DNA from: Octopus sinensis
Lineage: Eukaryota
Direction of reading: 5' to 3'
Length of the DNA: 30,967 nucleotides
NCBI RefSeq assembly: GCF_006345805.1
Contig: NW_021832455.1
Coordinates: 1 to 30,967 of the forward strand
The position numbers and the translations under genes were made by a program. Shown here piece by piece: positions 21,665-30,967 of this stretch; position 1 is the stretch's first letter; each line of letters starts with the position of its first letter. The notes under the pieces were generated by a model. That model did not search any database. It had not been told where the DNA came from and saw only the letters and a list, made by a program, of their open reading frames with translations.

Positions 21665-22300
21665 ACCAGAGGTAGTCGTCAGCGATCATGTTTGAGATCT
21701 AGTCTCCATGGTCTCCATCTCTTCATCGAGCCTTTCAACTTGTTCACTTATTGCTCTATGATTTCAGGTTAACAGCTTCTACACAAGTTCTTCATAATTT
21801 GATGAGTTTTTGCTTCCAATGAATTCCGACAGCTTCAGCAAAAGTATTTCATGCTTCTTTTCCGGTTCCAGATCTGATCTCTCAAACGTCCACCCAATCT
21901 ATGGCCCATGAAATACACCAGACTTAATTTTCTCTCTAGACCAGTGCTTTTCAATCTTTTTGCTGGAGCGGAACCCCAAGGAAACATTCCACTGGCTCGG
22001 GAAACCCCTGTGCAATAATTTAATAGTCTTCTGCACAGGAGAATTAAAAATTACTGCCGATTTTAGCAGTTTTGTAACTTCTTGCGGAACCCCTGGACTG
22101 TACTGGCGGAACCCTAAGGTTCCGCGGAACCCTGGTTGAAAACCACTGCTCTAGACAAAGTGGGAGATTTTCTGTTTGAGTATTTGAATGAATAACTTCC
22201 TCAGTTTTTCAACACATTTTATACACAATATGGAGCGCCTAGGTTTTGTCTTGATCACCCAGTTTCATGCCAAAGTAATTAAGGTAAGCTTTCTTCACAA
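21665..22300 (-). pseudogene. Heavily deleted DNA-transposase relic (superfamily not assigned), split by an hAT MITE
   Basis: Collinear peptides on the minus strand: YFGMKLGDQDKT*ALHIVYKMC, EKIKSGVFHGP*I, NYEELV*KLL, AISEQVERLDEEMETMETRSQ and ADDYLW. They resemble the widespread GDQDKxWAPH...GPQIR...GERFHQD...ADYCW transposase family. Confidence 0.7.
21942..22148. mobile_element. hAT (Charlie-like) MITE, 207 bp
   Basis: TIRs CAGTGCTTTTCAA/TTGAAAACCACTG (1 mismatch). Exact 8-bp TSD CTCTAGAC at 21934-21941 and 22149-22156. Confidence 0.9.
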
Positions 22301-22545
22301 TATCTGTGAGTTTGTTTGGGACCTAGGTAAAGAGTAACATCCACAAATATAAGGGAGGCATAGGGGCTGTTTTTGCATTTTCTTCTCTCACAGCTTGCCA
22401 TATTTCTGAAATACAAAATATATATTTAAGCCAGTTGCAACCTGGGAAAAGCATTTGTAGAACTTTTAACAGTTTTAAAGTAAACAGGCGAAGAACTGTG
22501 ATTGCAAAATTCCGTAACGAACATACATACCTTGAAGTTCTGCGC

Positions 22546-22711
22546 AGGAGTGGCTGTGTGGTAAGTAGCTTGCTAACCAACCACATGGTTCCGGGTTCAG
22601 TCCCACTGCGTGGCATCTTGGGCAAGTGTCTTCTGCTATAGCCCCGAGTCGACCAAAGCCTTGTGAGTGGATTTGGTAAACGGAAATTGAAAGAAGCCTG
22701 TCGTATATATG

Positions 22712-22744
<33 letters not shown>

Positions 22745-22876
22745 ATGTGTGTTTGTGTGTCTGTGTTTGTCCCCCTAGCATTGCATGACAACCGATGCTG
22801 GTGTGTTTACGACCCCGTCACTTAGCGGTTCGGCAAAAGAGACCGATAGAATAAGTACTGGGCTTACAAAGAATAA
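22546..22876 (+). mobile_element. SINE family B, 3'-truncated, followed by an inverted 23-bp head fragment (22877-22899)
   Basis: Matches 20767 onward until CAAAGAATAA, then continues CTACTTACCACACAGCCACTCCT. Confidence 0.85.
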
Positions 22877-23399
22877 CTACTTACCACACAGCCACTCCTA
22901 CACCTGATTTGATGACATTCTTTCCACTTTTGTAGTTGCATTTACTTGAAATGTTATTTAAAACTGTTTTCAAAGTTATATCAAGCTCCTTACACGGAGC
23001 TTAATATAGGTACCTGGTTCAAGGTCCAGGGTCACATCAAAGAAATTTACTATTTTCAGGCCTTTTCTTTCTTAAATCTTCCTGCTTTCCCTCCTCGTTT
23101 ATCTCCTTGTACCTTATGTTCTTTTGATTTCCTCTTTCTTCCCCTAATTCTTTTATCCCTCCACCCCTTATCTCTCTCCTCTCCTTTCACGTAACCAGTG
23201 TTTGTTCAAGCATGTTCTTACATTTAATTTTGTGGCTGTGGGACCACTGGTCACTCTATGACTGGACATTAACCTAATGTTGGGATGCCCCTGGGAGCCC
23301 CACTATGTTGATTGCCTTCTTGTTTTAGCTGAATAAATAATGGCATGAGAAAAGAAATTTCAGGTATGGAAGCAAGAACTGCTATTTGTGGAACTTATA

Positions 23400-23680
23400 T
23401 TTCATGGAACAAAGACTATAGTCTTAATAAGTTTGAAAGCAAACAAATCCTTTCAGGGAAATGGCCATGCTTGACATGTGGAAGAGGCATAAGTAGAAAC
23501 TACATCAGGTGTAGGTACATGCAAGCTATGTACACATAAGAGGTGCTGCAATGTTAGAGGAATGTCAACATGGAAAATAGTCTTTGTGTGTGGTAGATGT
23601 ACATGTGCAATAAACACAAGAGATGTACCGAAAATAGATGAGATCAAATGCATTTTACTTAGAAGAAGGTGATGAGAACA
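23400..23680 (+). mobile_element. RTE-type LINE ORF fragment with a Cys-rich insertion
   Basis: Broken-frame peptides TKTIVLIS, SGKWPCLTCGRGISRNYIRC, CKLCTHKRCCNVRG and VFVCGRC. Confidence 0.65.
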
Positions 23681-23737
23681 GAATTCAGGAATCTGGAGCA
23701 CACAGACTCAAGATTCAGTAAATGTTGGGCAATACTT

Positions 23738-24290
<553 letters not shown>

Positions 24291-24449
24291 CTTGATTTCC
24301 TTCTCAAGCGATGCCAGGCTCATAAGGGCCAGTTTTCTGGTTTCAGTGGCATAGAAATTTCTGTACAACTTGATTAACTTTATGGGTGACAAGGGTGTAT
24401 CTTACTCTGCACAATATTAGTAAACAAAAGGTTCGTTTATATGGGGTCG

Positions 24450-24920
24450 TTTGTTGTCGTTGTTTCAGCATCTTTTGTTGTCGTTGTTTCTGTTTTTTCA
24501 CCTGCAAAAGATGAACAGTAAAACATATACTTTTTAAGCAGTAATAAATCTCAGAGCGAGTTATAAACAGTAGCTACAACACATCGTGACGTATATTTGC
24601 CATTTAAATATGGCTAACCCCTAAGGGTGGATGCTACTGTAGTTTGTAGCCCCAGGAGGACACCTCCTCCAGCTGGCTATAGACACACTGGCTACAGCTG
24701 GAGAAGGTGTCCTCCTGGGGCTACAAACTACAGTAGCATCCACTTTTAGGGGTTAGCCATATTTAAATGGCAAATATACGTCACAGTGTGTTGTAGCTAC
24801 TGTTTATAACTCGCTCTGAGATTTATTATTGCTTAAAAAGTATATGTTTTACTGTTCATCTTTTGCAGGTGAAAAAACAGAAACAACGACAACAAAAGAT
24901 GCTGAAACAACGACAACAAA
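24450..24920. repeat. Long near-perfect inverted repeat (226-bp arms, 19-nt spacer)
   Basis: 24450-24675 pairs with 24695-24920, with no indels and 6 mismatches by manual comparison. Confidence 0.95.
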
Positions 24921-24956
24921 AGATGCTGAAACAACGACAACAAAAGATGCTGAAAC
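24880..24956 (+). repeat. 24-bp tandem repeat GAAACAACGACAACAAAAGATGCT, 3 copies
   Basis: Exact repeats overlapping the outer end of the right palindrome arm; about 1.5 copies are inverted in the left arm. Confidence 0.9.
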
Positions 24957-25575
24957 TAATGGATCAGAAGACAGCTTACCAACCTATGCCTATGTCTAAA
25001 TTTTCATATCTGTATTTGTAGTCATCATTATCATTAAGAAAGGCCAGGAATGATATTGGCCAACCTTATTACTGACTTTCACTGATCCGGGTAGAATAGT
25101 TGGTTTTTGCATAAACTATCTCCATATCTTATGTAACATCGTCATTATCATCATCGTTGGTTTGGCATCACCTTTTCCAAAACTCTGCTCCATCTTACTC
25201 TTGCCTGTCCAATACAAGCATGGAAAAGTGGACGTTAGAATGTTGTTGTTGATGATGAAAACGATAATATGCGTTTGATGATGATTGAAGATAATGATGA
25301 TTGATGGTGATGTCTGATGATTGATGATGATGATTGGTGATGATTGATGATGATGATGATGATGCGATTGATGATGACTTCAACTGAAAAACTGTACTTT
25401 TTTTCAATCAGTTTTGAAAATGGTGAAGAATTTCGTAAAATAGCTTTGCCATTATCAATCTGGTGTTTGGAACATAAATTAACATATATTAAACATAAAT
25501 TAACATAAAATTTTGAATGGAAGGTTTTAATTTTGATCACTTTAACCCTTTTGTTACCATAAACTTGTCCTTTAC

Positions 25576-25975
25576 GGGTGCCGGTGGCACGTAAAAAGCA
25601 CACAGCATATTCTGTAGAGTGGTTGGTGCTAGGAAAAGGCGGCGAGCTGGCAGAATTGGTAGCATGCCGGATGAAATGCTTAGCAGTATTTCGTCTGCCT
25701 CTATGTTCTGAGTTCAAATTCCGCCGTAGTCGACTTTGCCTTTCATCCTTTTGGGGTCGATGAAATAAGTACCAGTTATGCACTGGGGTCGATGTAATTG
25801 ACTATCCTCCTCCCCCAAATGTCAGGCCTTGTACCTATAGTAGGAAGGTTGGTGCCAGGAAGGGCATCCTGTTGTAGAAACCATGTGACAACAGGCAATT
25901 GGAGTCGGGACAGTTGCCCGGATGACCAGATTCTGTCAAACCGTCCAATCCATGCCAGCATGGAAAACGAACTTT
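25576..25975 (+). mobile_element. Retroposon 3'-tail module (GGCACGTAAAAAGCAC...AGGAAGGGCATCC...CATGCCAGCATGGAAA + GAT tail) interrupted by a family C SINE
   Basis: The module is split at a duplicated 15-mer. Related fragments lie at ~25205-25240 and ~27110-27170. RTE affiliation is an inference. Confidence 0.55.
25636..25846 (+). mobile_element. SINE family C (alternative-tail subfamily) with a 15-bp TSD
   Basis: TSD GGTTGGTGCTAGGAA (25621-25635) and GGTTGGTGCCAGGAA (25847-25861), 1 mismatch. Confidence 0.85.
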
Positions 25976-26281
25976 GAGTGATGATAATGATGATGATGAT
26001 AATGATGGTGATGATGATGATGATGCTGATAATGATGACGATGACCTCTGTTGAAGTACACTGCCTTTATTTCAAATGACCTTGTAAAAACCAACCAGTA
26101 TCAGTTGTCAAGTGATGGTAGGGACAAACACATAGACATGTATATTTAAACCAGGGGCTTCGACACAGTTTCCATCTTCCAAATCCACTCACAAGCCATA
26201 TAAACAAGTAGTCAGTTTGATTCTTGCTGTTCCTCATGCATAGAACGATGTGTTTCATATCTTAGCAGAAAGATCACCCTC

Positions 26282-26519
26282 CAGAAGGTGGCGAGCTGGC
26301 AGAATCGGTAGCACGCCGGGCGAAATGCTTAGCGGTATTTCATCTGCCGTTACGTTCTGAGTTCAAATTCTGCCGAGGTTGACTTTGCCTTTCATCCTTT
26401 TAGGGTTGATAAAAATTAAGTACCAGTTATGCACTGGGGTCGATATAATCGACTTAACCCCTTTGCCTGTCCTTGTTTGTCCCCTCTGTGTTTAGCTCTT
26501 TGTAGGCAATAAAGAAATA
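26282..26519 (+). mobile_element. SINE family C, full length, 15-bp TSD
   Basis: Exact TSD AGAAAGATCACCCTC at 26267-26281 and 26520-26534. Confidence 0.9.
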
Positions 26520-26728
26520 AGAAAGATCACCCTCTACGCAGATTCCTGCTTATTGCTAATTTTTATTTACACATTTCATGTTATCTTCTATCTCTTACTT
26601 GCCCCAGCATCACTGTGGCCATGCTGGAGCATAGCCTTGAGGAATTTTTTGTCAAACAAATCAACCCCAGTTTGGATGAGGTACTGAAGGTTGATCTCAC
26701 AACGCTGAGGTTTCGGAAGGAGATAATA

Positions 26729-26965
26729 TATATTTCTTTACTGCCCACAAGGGGCTAAACACAGAGAGTACAAACAAGGACAGACAAACGGATTAAGTCG
26801 TTTATATCAACCGCAGTGCATAACTGGTACATATTTAATCGACCCTGAAAGGATGAAAGGCAACGTCGACCTCGGCGGAATTTGAACTCACAACGTAACG
26901 GCAGACGAATATACCGCTAAGCATTTCGCCCAGCGTGCTAACGATTCTGCCAGCTCGCCGCCTTC
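26729..26965 (-). mobile_element. SINE family C, full length, 15-bp TSD
   Basis: Exact TSD CGGAAGGAGATAATA at 26714-26728 and 26966-26980. Confidence 0.9.
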
Positions 26966-27311
26966 CGGAAGGAGATAATAAAAGAATGAAATATGTGGTA
27001 CATTGCTGTAGTCAAGATGACCTGCCCACCACCATAGAATTTATATCCTAAAACCTTGGTACCTCATAAAAAACCATTGGTGTTGGTACCAGGTAAAAAT
27101 CACTGGTGCTGGTGCTACGTAAAAAGCACCCAGTACACTGTAAAGTGGTTGACATTAGGAAGGGCATCCAGAAGGTTAAGAGGCATGTATGTGTATGTGT
27201 GTATATGTATACACCCACACACATACACACATATATATGTGTGTGTGTATGTATGTGGATGTGGTATGTGTATGTGTGTACACCATACAACCTGTGAGAA
27301 CTGACACCTAT

Positions 27312-27445
27312 GTTGGCATGTTTACGTCTCCATAACTTAGCGGTTCGGCAAAAGAATAAGTCCTGGGTCGATTTGTTCGAATAAAGGTGAAGCTTCAGCA
27401 TGGCCGCAATTAAAGGACTGAAACAAATAAAAGAATAAAAGAATA
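27312..27445 (+). mobile_element. SINE family B, 3' fragment
   Basis: Contains CTTAGCGGTTCGGCAAAAG, CAGCATGGCCGCA and ACTGAAACA plus the tail. Confidence 0.7.
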
Positions 27446-27520
27446 TACATACATACATACATACATACATACATACATACATACATACATACATACATAC
27501 ATACATACATACATACATAC
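27446..27520. repeat. (CATA)n microsatellite at the 5' junction of the LINE
   Basis: Direct repeat. Confidence 0.95.
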
Positions 27521-30418
27521 TGAAGATGAGAAAACAGATGGGAGAGAAGGGTTTACGCATCCAAGATGGACAAATAATCAAGTCCTACCTCTGGTCGCAT
27601 GCTGTAGTGCTGACAGGGAAAGTGAATTGAGGGCAAATCGAAGTAAAGTAGATACCCCCGTCAACGATGCTATCTCTGATACCCCTTATTCTGCTGGTTC
27701 CCCAACTCCTGCTCCTCAAACTTCACAGCTCAGCATCGTCTATACTAACTCGTGCTCCTTATTTCCAAAGTTCAGCGAACTATTTACACTGGCCATGCGT
27801 GACTCCCCTGATGTGATAGCTATCACCGAGACTTGGCTGACTCCAGCAGTAAAGGACTCAGAAATCCACCTACAGGGCTACGTCCTCTTCAGATGTGACA
27901 GAGAAAAAAGGCGAGGTGGAGGTGTTGTTGTATATGTTAAATCTGATCTCAAACCGTCCAGCGGTATTCTACCCACTAATGCTCAACCTACAACAAAATT
28001 CGATGCCGTCTATTGCAAGCTGAGCCTATCCGAGTTTTGCCTGCCCGTGTTAGCTGTCTACAGGCCGCCTCTTGCCGACCCCCAGGACGATGCTCATTTA
28101 CTCAAAGCGATAAGATTCGTTTCAGCTTCTCATGACTGTTTGATATTAGGAGACTTCAACGCTCCCACGATTGATTGGCCCGCATCAATTTGTACATCGT
28201 CTTCCCGGTTCGGCCAGGCCTTTCTTGACGTGGCTGAAAATTGTTTTCTATCGCAACATGTTGAATATCCGACAAGGCATCGGTCTGGGCATCAGCCATC
28301 TATGCTGGATCTGTTATTCTCCCGCTATCCAAGATCAGTGTCAGACGTATCTCTGTGCGCCCCTCTTGCCAAGACTGATCATGCGGTCCTGAAGTTCGTC
28401 ATGCACACAACTTTTTCTGCGCCCACGACTACTTCGCTGCCACGTAGAGTCTTCTCTGCAATTAATCTTGAAATTCTAACCGAGGCTTCCGCGCTTCTGG
28501 ACTGGCGATCCCTGATGACGTTGTCCTCAGTTGACGAACTATGGTCATCCCTCAAAGCATATGTAATCTGGTTGACTGACCAGGCAGTTCCTGTTGGGCT
28601 TCCCAAGAAGAAGAAACACAAGCCCTGGGTGACGAAGAAGGTTAAACGAGAACTTCGACTCAGAGATATTGCTTGGGCTGAATTCAAAAATCTGGATTCG
28701 ACTGCAGCTTTTGAGGTGTACAAAACTCAACGAGGTCGAGCCGTGAAAATTGAACAGGAAGAACGCTTCAGTTATGAATACAAAATCGCGGCAAACGCCA
28801 GTAGCAATCCAAAAACCTTCTTTGCCCATGTCCAACGGAATTCCCGCTTGAACAACCAAATTGCAACGTTGGTAGACTCAATAGGCGTATCGATTGAGGA
28901 CCCTTATCAACAGAGTCAATTATTTGCTGAGGCTTTTTCAACTATTTTCAAACAAGATGATGGTCGTGAACCCCCTCCATTTGATAGATCGGTACCTCCA
29001 ATGCTTCGATTGGTCATCACGCGGGATGAAGTCAAACGTGTTATTCAAGGCCTCGATGTCAAGAAGGGTCACGGCCCTGACGGCATACACCCACGGGTTA
29101 TCAAAGCGTTGGCTCCGGTCATCTGCGAGCCCTTAACATGTCTATTCAATATGTCATTGGCGACGGGTGTTATACCTGCGGACTGGAGAACAGCGATAAT
29201 CTGCTCAATTTTCAAGAAAGGGAGCCGCGAAGACCCGCTTAACTACCGACCGGTTTCCCTTACATCAATAATCAGCAAGATGTTCGAAACCATCCTTAAG
29301 AAAAGTATGATGCTCCACCTCCAAAACACAGCCTCTATCTCTGATTACCAACACGGCTTCGTGCCGAAGAGATCATGCTTGACCAACTTACTGGTAATGG
29401 AAGAATTGGTGATGCGCATCCTCGATGAGAGTGATGCTGTTGACATCGTTTTATTGGACTTTGCCAAAGCTTTTGACTCAGTAAACCACCGCCTATTACT
29501 TGTCAAGCTTCAAGCATATAGTTTTCATCCGGATATTGTACGATGGGTTGGTGCCTTCCTCTCAGATCGCTCCTTCCAAGTCAAGTTAATGGTTCGCGGT
29601 CCGACATATCCAGTGCGAGCAGTGGCGTGCCTCAAGGTTCAGAGCATGGGCCCTTATTGTTCTTAGTCTTCATAAATGACTTGCCCGACGACCTTACGCA
29701 ACACACCCTTCTATTTGCCGACGATGTCAAACTGGTCGCTCCTCGCGGTGATATAGAGGATCTTCGTCGATGCCTCCACCAAATTTGGAGGTGGTCTGAC
29801 GAATGGGACCTGTGTCTGAACGTGTCAAAGTGCTGTCATCTGCCTGTTGGCTCTCCTCCTGCAACTCAACTTGATTTTGAGCCGGGTCGTCTGCTGCTGG
29901 AGAGGACCGATCAGGTAAAGGACCTGGGTATCTTCGTGGATTCCTCCTTTTCGCCTTCGGCCCAGTGCGTCCGTGCTGCCAACAAAGCACGCGGAATTCT
30001 GTTCTTGATTCGACGGTCATTCGGAATGCTCACAGCAGCCATATTCCTACCGCTCTATGTCACGCTGGTGAGACCCATATTGGAGTACGGGATTCAAGCC
30101 TCTTCTCCTTATCTCCTCAAAGATATACAGCATCTCGAAAGAGTCCAGAAGCTGGCTACCCGCATGGTTCATGGTCTCAAGCATTTGTCTTATGAAGAAA
30201 GGCTGAAGACGCTCGACCTTTATTCTCTAGAAAAACGATGACGCCGTGGTGATCTCATTCTTGCTCACAACATCATAAGCGGAAAGTGTAACCTCTCGAA
30301 AGAGCTGTTCTTCACTCCTGCTCCAGAGCATCGGCTGCGGGGTCACTCCAAAAAGCTCTACCTGCGACGATTTCATCTCAATCGAAGGAGAGGAGCTTTC
30401 TCCGTCCGGGTTGCGGAT
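27520..30418 (+). mobile_element. CR1-clade LINE segment (end of ORF1 plus nearly all of ORF2), lacking both natural ends
   Basis: ORF1-like C-terminus LKMRKQMGEKGLRIQDGQII ending at TGA 27628-27630. APE endonuclease motifs ITETWL, GDFNAP and TDH. RT motifs NYRPVSLTS, QHGF, LDFAKAFD, GVPQGS and LFADD. Confidence 0.95.
27627..30418 (+). pseudogene. LINE ORF2 (endonuclease + reverse transcriptase) with one frameshift and one premature stop
   Basis: There is a -1 frameshift at 29583-29584 (AA where VKVNGS needs AAA) and a TGA at 30239-30241 within KR*RRGDLI. The frame continues to ...GAFSVRVAD at 30418. Confidence 0.9.
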
Positions 30419-30722
30419 ACATACATATATACACACATACATACATACATACATACTACGTACATACATACATATATACACACGTATATATACATACATA
30501 TATGCATACAAACATACATACATACACACACACATACATACATACATACATACATACATACATACATACATACACACATACATACATACATACATACATA
30601 CATACATACATACATACACATACATACATACATGCATACAAACATACATACATACATACACACACATACGCACGCAAACACACATACATACATACATACA
30701 TACACACACACACAAACATACA

Positions 30723-30754
<32 letters not shown>

Positions 30755-30848
30755 CATACATACATACATACATACATACATACATACATACATACATACA
30801 TACATACATACATACATACATACACACATACATACATACATATATATT
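30417..30848. repeat. Compound (CATA)n/(CA)n microsatellite
   Basis: Direct repeats with variant units. Confidence 0.95.
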
Positions 30849-30967
30849 TAGCAAAAGAGGGAGTGGTGTTTCCAAGCTGGAAAAGAAATATATAGGAAAA
30901 TGTGTTGCTGAAAATGCACTTAATTTCGAGAACTCTACCATAACAAATGCTTGTGTGTGTTACCAAT

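Noticed and set aside
28512-28535. CTGATGA in the LINE as a ribozyme core
   Set aside because: It lies within ORF2 coding sequence and is followed by GAAC, with no stems I or III.
30227-30966. Long MYVC/IHTY-repeat ORFs (also at 27048-27581, 12735-13163 and 18756-19022)
   Set aside because: These are translations of CATA/GATA microsatellites.

Overview
AT-rich, repeat-dense animal genomic DNA, most likely a cephalopod (Octopus-like). This is inferred from the tRNA-derived SINE repertoire, the very dense TA/CATA/GATA/CAT microsatellites and a decayed C2H2 zinc-finger array. No intact conserved host gene is recognisable. The main result is at 833-4215. Five head-to-tail copies of a ~495-bp unit sit between (TA)n tracts, and each copy carries a type I hammerhead ribozyme fold on the + strand (CUGAAGA...GAAA core, AUA cleavage triplet, three helices; copy 2 lacks one core A). 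Cleavage would release ~495-nt monomers, as in non-LTR retrozymes or Penelope-type repeats. A second, unrelated hammerhead lies in the next TA-flanked cassette (3516-3592), and a decayed antisense one lies at ~4172-4212. The rest of the window contains: two non-autonomous Helitrons; piggyBac and hAT MITEs; a DNA-transposase relic; four SINE families; an orphan 178-aa ORF; an RTE-RT fragment fused in frame to a C2H2 pseudogene; a 471-bp near-perfect palindrome; and a 2.9-kb CR1-clade LINE segment cut at both ends by (CATA)n. All folds, alignments and coordinates were worked out by eye and no searches were run.
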